A DNA stretch of 64,000 nucleotides from an uncultured Fibrobacterota bacterium. GTDB taxonomy: Bacteria > Fibrobacterota > Chitinivibrionia > Chitinivibrionales > FEN-1185. The first letter of the stretch is position 1. Each line of letters begins with the position of its first letter. The notes below the pieces were generated by a model, which was not told where the DNA came from, did no database searches, and saw nothing but the letters and a program-made list of their open reading frames with translations. Of this stretch, positions 20,056 to 28,418 are shown piece after piece. The stretch covers positions 98,087 to 162,086 of the forward strand of contig CAVWBU010000018.1 of the NCBI GenBank assembly GCA_963753345.1. The letters are read 5' to 3'. A program made the position numbers and the translations under genes.

Positions 20056-20089
20056 AAAAAAAGGCCGGCCGCTTAAACGGCCGGCCTTT
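20056..20089 (-). terminator. Intrinsic terminator between the peptide gene and the maturase genes
   Basis: Minus strand reads GGCCGGCCG-TTTAAG-CGGCCGGCC followed by T7. Confidence 0.85.
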
Positions 20090-20110
20090 ATTGATATGTC
20101 AAGTACTTTG

Positions 20111-20452
20111 TCAGCTATTGGAACAGTACTCGCTCGAATAGGACCCCGCATAGCTATAGTAGAAAGAGTCGTAATAATAGCTGTAATAATAGTAGTTTGT
20201 GGTCCCGTAATAGGCGTTATAAGAAGCATAGTAGCTCGAATAACCGGAGAAGTAATCGCTGTAATAGTAAGAGTAAGTGGTATAATAGCTGCAATAGGGA
20301 ACGCTGAAAGGATTGATGCAACTCAAGCCCCCGGCCACAGGAACAGAGGCCGCTGCGGCAACACCGGCAATCCTCTTCATCGCATCACGACGCGACATTG
20401 GTTTCTTTGTCGAAGGTTGGTTTTGCAGGTTGTTCGGCTTTTGTTGCGTCAT
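20111..20452 (-). CDS. Tyr/Ser-rich putative RiPP precursor with a twin-arginine-like leader (113 aa)
   Basis: RBS AAGGGAG; SRRDAMK followed by an Ala-rich stretch ending GLSC; 26 Tyr and 15 Ser in residues 53-113; directly upstream of two rSAM/SPASM genes. Confidence 0.8.
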   Translation of the reverse strand: MTQQKPNNLQNQPSTKKPMSRRDAMKRIAGVAAAASVPVAGGLSCINPFSVPYCSYYTTYSYYYSDYFSGYSSYYASYNAYYGTTNYYYYSYYYDSFYYSYAGSYSSEYCSNS

Positions 20453-20790
20453 GGTACTCTCCCTTGGATGGAATGGCGCTGGTTAAGGAACAGAAAATAT
20501 AGAACGAAATAATTCCAAAAAGCAAGAGAAAAATGATGGTGGCAAGCAGTGCTTTCAGCCATCTTCCAGAGTAACTTCTGCGCAGCCCGCATGGTTGCCT
20601 GCCCTTGTAGAAATTATAGAATTCCCCGGCTTTTTCGTCAAGTCCCAGAGAACACTTAATACGGGCACTTGGCAAATGAAACTTGTTTGCGTCCTGCTGA
20701 TTTTGACAAGAGGTGGGTAAAACCTTATATTCTCTGAGGAGACGCCTGGTGCGAAGAGCTAGGACAGGAGAAACGAAAGGATTTGATGTG

Positions 20791-21945
20791 ATGAAAAAAA
20801 ATCTGAGGTTGTCTTTGATTGTACCGATTGCTATGGTGAGTTTGTTCCTGCCTGCCGCTGGCCAGAATGAGTGCGATAATTGGCAGACAGACCACACGGA
20901 CTGGATTTTCTGCGATGATTTCGAGGACACCGGTGCGCTGGTGAAACAGGGGAGGTATTTCGAGTACGACGACAACGCAGGTGATTTTGTTCCCAAGGCC
21001 GGCATCGGGCTCAGCGGTTCACGCGGCATGCAGGTGCGATGGCAGGCAGGCGAGGTGGGCGCGGGAAGCATAAAACTGTCATTCGGCCGGAACCCCAATG
21101 CATACATGAACAAACAGAACATCCGCCCCGGCCAGGACTTCAGGGAAATCTACTACCGCATGTACCTCAAGATGCAGAGCGGCTGGCAGGGCAGCCCGGC
21201 AAAGCTTTCGCGCGCAACCATCTTCACTTCTGCGAATGACTGGCGCCAGGCCATGATCGCGCACCTGTGGAGCGACGACAGTGCGCATCTGCTCATCGAT
21301 CCCGCGAGCTGCGTTGACGGCGGGGTTGTACAGTGCACCACCTACAACGATTTCAATCACCTCAAATGGCTGGGCAACAAAAGCGGCGTCACGCCTCTTT
21401 TCGCCACAGACCACAGCGGCACATGGTATTGTATTGAGGCGCATGTAAAGGTCAATGACCCGGGCCAGTCGAACGGCGTGCAGGAGTTCTGGATAGACGG
21501 CCGGCTCGAGGCCAGGCGGGAAGGGCTCAATTTCACCGGTACCTATGCGGATTATGGCATCAATGCCGTGTTTTTCGAGAACTACTGGAACGCTGGATCG
21601 CCGGTTCTGCAGGAACGGTATTTCGACAACATCGTGGTTTCCACAAAGCCGATAGGATGTTTGCAGACAGGCGGGGTGAGGCCGGAGAAGAACCATGGTA
21701 TGATGAATCACGGCATGGCCACAATTGCGGTGTGCAGGAGAAGCGGCAGGGATTTTCTCGCGGTAAGGAACGGCTATCCGGGCAGGTGCAGCGTCGTTTC
21801 ACCAACAGGCAAGGAAGTTCTTCGCGGTGATATTCCCGCGAACGGCATGAGTATGATTGACCTATCTGATGTGCCTTGCGGTATATTCTTGTTTGTCATG
21901 AACGACGGACATGGGTCTATGGTTTCACGACGGGTTGTACGATGA
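20791..21945 (+). CDS. Secreted jelly-roll (polysaccharide lyase/LamG-like) protein with a C-terminal sorting-domain-like tail
   Basis: Signal peptide; IFCDDFE, WYCIEAHVKVN.PG..NG..EFWIDG and YFDNIVVST; tail VVSPTGKEV..IDLS.VP.GIF. Confidence 0.65.
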   Translation: MKKNLRLSLIVPIAMVSLFLPAAGQNECDNWQTDHTDWIFCDDFEDTGALVKQGRYFEYDDNAGDFVPKAGIGLSGSRGMQVRWQAGEVGAGSIKLSFGRNPNAYMNKQNIRPGQDFREIYYRMYLKMQSGWQGSPAKLSRATIFTSANDWRQAMIAHLWSDDSAHLLIDPASCVDGGVVQCTTYNDFNHLKWLGNKSGVTPLFATDHSGTWYCIEAHVKVNDPGQSNGVQEFWIDGRLEARREGLNFTGTYADYGINAVFFENYWNAGSPVLQERYFDNIVVSTKPIGCLQTGGVRPEKNHGMMNHGMATIAVCRRSGRDFLAVRNGYPGRCSVVSPTGKEVLRGDIPANGMSMIDLSDVPCGIFLFVMNDGHGSMVSRRVVR

Positions 21946-22093
21946 GGCAACGCGGGTGGGCAAGTATCCTCCATGCAGGCAACTGATGGGTTGGTGATGA
22001 CCTTGGTGCCCGGTATCCGTTCCCAATCAAAAGTACGTGGCGGAAACGCAATATCTCAAAATTCCTGCGGCGGCGCAGGCGGAGGTTAAAAAC

Positions 22094-24358
22094 ATGCAGC
22101 GAAACGGGAATGTCGCAAAGAAGTGTTGCCGTTCCACGGCGGTGGCGCTTGTTCTCTGCCTAACCCCGGTCCTTGCGCAAGGGATCCACGTAACGGGAAC
22201 CGTAGTTGACAGCACAGGAATCGGGCTGTCGGAAGCTTCGGTCACTTTGATTTCCCAGAACCTGTCGACCGTCACCGGGCCGGATGGTTCCTTCGTATTC
22301 AGCAGCAGCGGGGTCGTCAGCGCAGGATACCGTGCAAGCGCTTCCGCGTGGCTGTACTTCAGGAACGGCGTCCTTCACCTCTTTCTTGCACACACCGAGA
22401 AGGTGACCGTACTCGTTTGTGATTCCAAAGGCAGGCGGGTCTGGGCGCAAGCCAAAGCTCTTGGGCCCGGCGATTTCGCCCTGTCTCCTCCGTTGCAGAG
22501 GATCAGTCCGCAGATCTTGCTGTTTGAAGTGTCAATGGCCGGCAGGAGCTTTCAATTCAAACAATGCAATGTGCCTCCTGACGCATGCTGTCAACCTTGC
22601 CGCGAGACCGGGAACGGGAGTGCCTTCGCCGGCACGGGTCTTGCCAAAGCGCTGGCTTCGCTTGATTCCCTCAGGGCCTCTATGGGCGGGTATGTCACAT
22701 CGTCAATCCCCGTCGATTCCTACACGGGGAGTTACACCGTCACCCTCCATCGCATCGCTTTCTCGGCCGCGCCTGATCGCTTGACAACGTGGAATCCCGG
22801 AATCAGGTCCGACAGGGAGCTTGGTATGGCGCTTCGTTCCGACGGCTTGCCGGACCGCACCACGGTATGGGCCACGCTCAGTCCCGGCGACAACATCCAA
22901 AACGCAATCAACGGCTGTCCCGCGGGAAGGGTGGTGGTCCTGGGCCCCGGCACGTTCTCCGTTTCGTCAACGCTTCAGATTTCAAGCGGCGTTGTCCTGC
23001 GCGGTGCCGGTTCGCAGGGCGCCCCCACGGGAACGACCATTGTTAAAACCGGTGGTTCCACGGTGATAGCCATTGGACCGGACCGCGACGCCACCTGCTA
23101 TGGTGGAACGGGTTACGGCCTTGTGCAGGACGCGGTGAAGGAATCCCGTACGGTCTCCATCGGCTCGGCGGCGTCGAATTTCTCCGTTGGGGACCTTGCG
23201 CTTCTTGACGTGGTCGACGACGGCACGGTCCAGGAGGGCGACTGCGCGTATTTCAAACGCGTGGACAAAAGGTCGGCGAGCCAGCGCGTGGAGATTGCGG
23301 CAATCGACGCTGCACACGGTCTGCTCACGCTCGATGCGCCGCTGCACTGGAACTTTAGATCGCAGAGTCCCTATCTCGCACAGATCGTGAGGGTCACGCG
23401 GCCCGTCACCAGATGGGCCGGGATCGAAAACGTCCGGATTCAGGGCGGCACGAACCCGGGTTACGACGGCCAGATGGCCGGCGGCATCGACATTTCCAAT
23501 GCCGCGTACTGTTGGGTGAAGGACGTGCAGACCGACAGCACGATCGGTGGAATGCACGTATCGCTCACCGGGACCTACCGCTGCGTTGTGCGCGACGGCT
23601 ACTTTCACCATTCGGCAAACTATGGATTCGGTGCGGATTGCTATGGGATCGTATTGCGATGCGGTGCCGCCGAGAACCTTATCGAAAATAATGTGGTGAG
23701 GTACATGAACAAACCGATCATGTTCAATGTCACCGGCGGCGGGAATGTGATCGCATACAACTATGCCGACAATTCCTGGGCCACGCCGCCCGCGTGGCAG
23801 GAAGTCAACATCGACTGTCACTGCTCGTTCCCGCACATGGAGCTTATGGAGGGAAATGATGCCCCGCATATGGGCGCATCAACCACTCATGGCAATGCCG
23901 GGTACCTTACGTATTTCAGAAACTACGCGTCGAGCGTGTTCGCGCCGCCGGCGGTCTACGGCTTCGGGGGCACGCAAACCGGCAACGTCACCTCGTTGCA
24001 GTTTGACGGAGGCGACATCGGCATGAATGCGGTGGCCAATGTGCTCGGCACCTCCGGAGTCAGCACTGCCTACGATGCCTACGACAGCGGACCGTGCTCC
24101 ATTTTCGAACTCGGCGCGAACGGCGCCGGTGCCGCTGATATTGCGGCTACGTCGCTTGTGCGGCAGGGAAATTACGATTATGTCAACAACAAAACCATGT
24201 GGTATCCCGCAGCCGCCCAGAGCCCGCTCCCTGCCTCGCTCTACCTTGCGGCTCAGCCCGCATGGTGGCCTGCAGGAGTTCGGTGGCCGTGGGTCGGGCC
24301 GGAACTCGCGCCCATGGTGGGGACTTTGCCGGCAAAGGACAGAGCGCTGCACTATTAG
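22094..24358 (+). CDS. Secreted pectate-lyase-fold (beta-helix) protein with N-terminal accessory domains
   Basis: RBS GGAGG and signal peptide; VTGTVVDS.G..L..A.V..TGPDGSF (carboxypeptidase-regulatory-like); IQNAIN.C..G.VV.L.PGTF....L.I.SGVVLRGAG; NLIENN and GNVIAYNY repeats. Confidence 0.75.
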   Translation: MQRNGNVAKKCCRSTAVALVLCLTPVLAQGIHVTGTVVDSTGIGLSEASVTLISQNLSTVTGPDGSFVFSSSGVVSAGYRASASAWLYFRNGVLHLFLAHTEKVTVLVCDSKGRRVWAQAKALGPGDFALSPPLQRISPQILLFEVSMAGRSFQFKQCNVPPDACCQPCRETGNGSAFAGTGLAKALASLDSLRASMGGYVTSSIPVDSYTGSYTVTLHRIAFSAAPDRLTTWNPGIRSDRELGMALRSDGLPDRTTVWATLSPGDNIQNAINGCPAGRVVVLGPGTFSVSSTLQISSGVVLRGAGSQGAPTGTTIVKTGGSTVIAIGPDRDATCYGGTGYGLVQDAVKESRTVSIGSAASNFSVGDLALLDVVDDGTVQEGDCAYFKRVDKRSASQRVEIAAIDAAHGLLTLDAPLHWNFRSQSPYLAQIVRVTRPVTRWAGIENVRIQGGTNPGYDGQMAGGIDISNAAYCWVKDVQTDSTIGGMHVSLTGTYRCVVRDGYFHHSANYGFGADCYGIVLRCGAAENLIENNVVRYMNKPIMFNVTGGGNVIAYNYADNSWATPPAWQEVNIDCHCSFPHMELMEGNDAPHMGASTTHGNAGYLTYFRNYASSVFAPPAVYGFGGTQTGNVTSLQFDGGDIGMNAVANVLGTSGVSTAYDAYDSGPCSIFELGANGAGAADIAATSLVRQGNYDYVNNKTMWYPAAAQSPLPASLYLAAQPAWWPAGVRWPWVGPELAPMVGTLPAKDRALHY

Positions 24359-24639
24359 GGTGTGTGGAGAGGTGGTCCACAATTACGGCCGCATCGACAA
24401 CAATTCTCGCGCAAACAAGGTGCTGAGCGTCGAACTGGCGTTGATCACCGCGCAGGGTGGGAAATACTGGCTTCAGTTCTCGTCCGGGCAGAGCGACCAT
24501 TTTGACTGGCCCATATCAATACTCAAGCCGGTGAGGGAGGCTCTTCAGCGGTAGGGACTGCTATGGCGAGCGAAGCTTTTCATGCACGACGCCTCCCGTT
24601 GCTCGGGAAATGCCTTTGCTTTATGTCAATCACTTCCCG

Positions 24640-25206
24640 CTAAAACTTCACCTTCGGCGCCTCTTTCGCTTCCGCAACAGCCTCGAAATAAGGCGCTTCC
24701 TTGAAACCGGCCGCAACAAGGCTGTAGGGAAATTTCCTGCGTGTGGCATTGAGCATCCGCGCCGCCTCGTTGTAACGCTGGCGTGCGACCGAAATGCGGT
24801 TTTCCGTTCCCGCAAGCTCGTCCTGCAGCGCCAGGAAATTCTGGTTTGCCTTGAGATCCGGGTAGCTCTCCGCAACAACCAGCAGCCGCGACAGCGCCGA
24901 CGAGAGCTGATTGTTGGCGGCGATCTTGTCCGACGGGGAAGAAGCGCCCGCCACGCTCGCGCGGGCCTTGGTGACCTCCGTGAACACCGTCTCCTCGTGT
25001 TTGGCGTAGCCCTTGACGGTTTCAACAAGGTTGGGGATCAGGTCGAGCCTGCGCTGGAGCTGGCTTTCCACCTGCGCCCACTGGGTCTTTGTGTTTTCGT
25101 CCATCTCAATGAGACGGTTTTTCCAGCCGATGAACTGGCCTGCAATAACAAGCACGAGCAGGACCACAACGGCAACGGCAATCAACACTTTGTAAATGCC
25201 TTTCAT
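24640..25206 (-). CDS. lemA: LemA family protein
   Basis: QLQRRLDLIPNLVETVKGYAKHE and ESYPDLKANQNFLALQDELAGTENRISVARQRYN motifs. Confidence 0.96.
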   Translation of the reverse strand: MKGIYKVLIAVAVVVLLVLVIAGQFIGWKNRLIEMDENTKTQWAQVESQLQRRLDLIPNLVETVKGYAKHEETVFTEVTKARASVAGASSPSDKIAANNQLSSALSRLLVVAESYPDLKANQNFLALQDELAGTENRISVARQRYNEAARMLNATRRKFPYSLVAAGFKEAPYFEAVAEAKEAPKVKF

Positions 25207-25934
25207 GCGTTCCCCTTTGTTGAGAGTTGATCGATTGAATTCGCAAGTGACTTGATCGCGTTTGCATAGGCAGGGAATGCTTCGGTCATTTCGTTCTTGC
25301 TGCCGCGCCGGGCCGCCTCAAGCGCCTTTTCCAGAGACATGTCGTCTATGCCGTAGGCTTTTGCGACGGCGGCGAAAAGCGATTTTCTGTCCTTTGGGAT
25401 CGGAAGGCTTTTTACGTGGAGCATGCCCTTGAAAATCGGCGAGAAATCCTTTGAGGAGATTTCCATCAGCCTTCTGAGCCGTGCGGGATTTTTCCTCGAT
25501 GCAAGCCAGCCCCGCACAAGATGCAGCCATTTTCCCTTGATTTCCCGCTCGATCTGGAGCCGCAGATCTTCGCTGCGGATCAGGATGTCTTTGAGAACGT
25601 CCTCGCCAAAAACAACCGTGTAGCTGTCCTTCATGGCAAGAAACTCCACAGGGAACGAATCCAAAGAGCGGGTGATGTACTCCTTGTCCATGATGAGCGG
25701 TCGGGAAAAGCGTTTCTTCATCCATTTTTCCTGGCACCCGGCCGACTTTTCAAGCACGGGCAGGGTGACGGCCGAGAGAACGACAAGGAGGTTGACGTCC
25801 GATTTTCTCGGGTCGAAATCCGGTCCTGCCGCGCTGCCGTAGACGATAACGGACAGCAGGTCGTTGCCGTAGCATGTCCGAAAATCAAGCGCGGCGCTGC
25901 GCGCAAGTTCGATTGGATTGGTCAGCTTGCTCAT
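25203..25934 (-). CDS. Nucleotidyltransferase-fold protein
   Basis: SVIVYGSAAG.DF....SDVNLLVV (GS..DxN variant); overlaps the lemA start. Confidence 0.75.
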   Translation of the reverse strand: MSKLTNPIELARSAALDFRTCYGNDLLSVIVYGSAAGPDFDPRKSDVNLLVVLSAVTLPVLEKSAGCQEKWMKKRFSRPLIMDKEYITRSLDSFPVEFLAMKDSYTVVFGEDVLKDILIRSEDLRLQIEREIKGKWLHLVRGWLASRKNPARLRRLMEISSKDFSPIFKGMLHVKSLPIPKDRKSLFAAVAKAYGIDDMSLEKALEAARRGSKNEMTEAFPAYANAIKSLANSIDQLSTKGNA

Positions 25935-26068
25935 TTGCAAACCTCTTCCTGTTTTCTCTGAGAAAGCTCAATTTCAAATTGTGGAGTGTGTCATTTTTTT
26001 TCTTGGTCTCGAATCAAAAATAACGACCATCGTCAACTTTCAACCTTAAACTTTGAACTTTCAACTTC

Positions 26069-26854
26069 TCAAAAACCCCGTGATGCTCCGCCTCCGCCGC
26101 TGCCGCCGCCCCCGAACCCTCCGCCGAAGCCCCCGCCGCCGAAACCGCCGCCGAAACCGCCGCTTCTGCCGCCGCGGCCTCCGCTGAAAAGCCCCATGAG
26201 GAACATTGTCCAGAGTAGTGTGCGGCCGAACGGCGTCGCCATGAGGAAAATCAGCACGACGATAAAAAGGACGGCCTTGAGCAGGGAAACCTTTCTGAAG
26301 CGATACTGCTCCGGCGCGCGCTGCTCTTGGCCCGGCAAAGCAAGGCTGATGTTTTTTTCGTGGGCAACAATCCGCGCTATTGTGATGGAGACATTCAGAA
26401 GGCCCGCGGAGTAGTCGTTGGTCTTGAAGAACGGGACGCCGGACTCGTCGAGTATTCTTCCCGCCTTTGCGTCGTTGAGATACCCTTCGGATCCATAGCC
26501 GACTTCGATGCGCGCTTTCCGGGGGTCGAGCGAAAGCAGAACGAGCGCCCCCTCGTCCGATCCAGTCCTGCCGATTCCCCACCTTTTGTAAAGCTCCGGC
26601 GCGTATTCGTCGATTGTCGCGTTTTCAAGTTTCGGCAGTGTAGCCACCACAAGGCCGAAGCCTGCCTGTTCCCAGAGCGCCTGGGCGATAAGGGCAATTT
26701 TCTGTTGGGTCGGCTGGTCGACCACGCCGGCAAAGTCGGCAACGGGCCCGGACGGACGGGTGGGATATTCCTGGCCGGAAACGGCACCGCACAGGGCAAC
26801 TGTGCAACAGATGGTTGCGAAGAGCGGGCTTCTTGCTCGATGCGTATTCTTCAT
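26069..26854 (-). CDS. TPM domain-containing protein (YgcG-like)
   Basis: V.DFAGV, WGIG....D.G.L.L and RIEVGYG.EG.L.D motifs; Gly-rich tail GFGGG.SGGGGASRGF. Confidence 0.93.
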   Translation of the reverse strand: MKNTHRARSPLFATICCTVALCGAVSGQEYPTRPSGPVADFAGVVDQPTQQKIALIAQALWEQAGFGLVVATLPKLENATIDEYAPELYKRWGIGRTGSDEGALVLLSLDPRKARIEVGYGSEGYLNDAKAGRILDESGVPFFKTNDYSAGLLNVSITIARIVAHEKNISLALPGQEQRAPEQYRFRKVSLLKAVLFIVVLIFLMATPFGRTLLWTMFLMGLFSGGRGGRSGGFGGGFGGGGFGGGFGGGGSGGGGASRGF

Positions 26855-27189
26855 CTTCCTCTTGGCGCAGGGTTCGTGCTCGTAGAAATATACTTGCTCT
26901 CCGCTGCAACCGTGACTTCGCCTGTATAAGACGGTTGCACCCGGCTCCGTGGATTTTGCTGAACGCCAGCGACAAATCCATCCGCCGCTTTGAAAACATT
27001 ATTGTGCCGGAGTCGCGTGTCAACCATCCAGCCTGCAGTGTGCAGTAGTCAATGAGAGAGCATTTTCCTCTGGAGCCCAACCCGCATGGCCGCTCCGACA
27101 ACGTTGAAAGAAATTCGGGAAAAGGGTATATTCTCAAGCAAGGCGCGCGAAACGAATATCCAGGGAATAGGAACCGGGCCGTGAGAGCG

Positions 27190-28068
27190 ATGAAAAGAAT
27201 AATGGTCATGCTGTCGGCGCTAAGACCCTTGCAATGGACAAAAAATGTTTTTGTTTTCGGCGCCCTGTTCTTTTCGAAGAATCTTTTCAATCCGCACGCT
27301 TTCGCCGTAGTCTGTTCCGCATTTGTGATTTTCTGCCTGCTTTCGGGTTCCTACTACATTTTCAACGACATCTGCGACAGGGAAGGGGACAGGAATCATC
27401 CGGAAAAGTCCAGGCGCCCCATTGCTTCGGGCAGGCTGCCGGTGTCCCAGGCGGTTGCGCTGATGGTGTTCTGCGCAATTGCCTCCCTGGCGTGGGCCTT
27501 CTTTCTTGGACTACCTTTCTTTGCGGTTTGCCTGTCCGCGATTGTTCTGCAGTGCGCGTACTCTCTCGCGTTGAAAAAGATCGTCATCGTTGATGTGTTC
27601 GTCATCGCAATCACCTTTGTTCTGAGGGTCGTGGCGGGCGGCGTCGCCATCCATGTCGAGATTTCCTCGTGGATTCTCATCTGCACCCTGCTTCTCGCGC
27701 TTTTCCTCGCGCTCGGAAAACGCCGGCAGGAATTCCTGCTGATTTCGGGCGGGGCGGCGCACCGCAGGAAAGTGCTTGACGACTACAACCTGCCGTTGCT
27801 CGACCAGATGACCTCCGTTGTGGCCGCATCGACGGTCATCACCTATGCGCTCTACACCGTTTCCGAAAGCACGCTGCGGAGGGTCCACTCCAGCAACCTT
27901 ATGTATACGATCCCCTTTGTCCTCTACGGCGTCTTCAGGTATCTGTATCTTATTCACCGGGAGCAAAAAGGCGGGAGCCCGGAAACCGTTCTTCTCACCG
28001 ACAAACCGCTTTATATTTGCATCCTCTTGTATCTGGCAACGGCCGGAGCAATACTGTATGTCAAGTGA
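27190..28068 (+). CDS. UbiA-family prenyltransferase (decaprenyl-phosphate phosphoribosyltransferase-like)
   Basis: RPLQWTKN, YIFNDICDREGDRNHPEKSRRPIASG, LRVVAG, LALGKRRQE and YGVFRY motifs. Confidence 0.9.
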   Translation: MKRIMVMLSALRPLQWTKNVFVFGALFFSKNLFNPHAFAVVCSAFVIFCLLSGSYYIFNDICDREGDRNHPEKSRRPIASGRLPVSQAVALMVFCAIASLAWAFFLGLPFFAVCLSAIVLQCAYSLALKKIVIVDVFVIAITFVLRVVAGGVAIHVEISSWILICTLLLALFLALGKRRQEFLLISGGAAHRRKVLDDYNLPLLDQMTSVVAASTVITYALYTVSESTLRRVHSSNLMYTIPFVLYGVFRYLYLIHREQKGGSPETVLLTDKPLYICILLYLATAGAILYVK

Positions 28069-28163
28069 CGGGGCCCGATTCGCCGCCGCGGTCCTGCCCG
28101 TTGATTTTCTTATCCGTCGTGATTGCCTCCGTCACGTGTGACCATACTTGCAGAAGTTCACTC

Positions 28164-28327
28164 TTCAATTACTCTCCGTGGGTGCCCCCGCACGAGTGTT
28201 TGATTCTTGCAACCGCACCTTCTTGGGGTGCACCCAGGAGGGGGTAGCGAAAGACCAGCGGGCGATTGACGATGATCAACCATTATAGTACGCACGCTGG
28301 GCTGTAGCGAGGGGGAGCCTTCCCCCC
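28164..28327 (-). repeat. Dispersed structured repeat family B, copy 3
   Basis: CACCCAGGAGGGGGTAGCG and AGCGAGGGGGAGCCTTCCCCC are exact reverse complements of segments in copy 1. Confidence 0.85.
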
Positions 28328-28360
28328 ATCATTATATCTTTCCGTCGCTCCAAGAAAACA

Positions 28361-28394
28361 AAAAGCCCCTTTCCATCGCTGAAAAGGGGCCTTT
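28361..28394 (-). terminator. Intrinsic terminator downstream of the giant TPR gene
   Basis: GCCCCTTT..AAAGGGGC stem with a T-tract on the minus strand. Confidence 0.7.
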
Positions 28395-28418
28395 AAGACC
28401 ATGCTTAATTGACAGCCG

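Noticed and set aside
19915..20512. Ile/Thr-rich and Ile/Val-rich ORFs over the peptide gene
   Set aside because: Alternative frames of the TAT/TAC-rich Tyr codons. Only 20111-20452 has an RBS, a leader and a terminator.
24360..24554. Possible short gene fragment after the beta-helix gene
   Set aside because: No clear RBS or recognisable motif.
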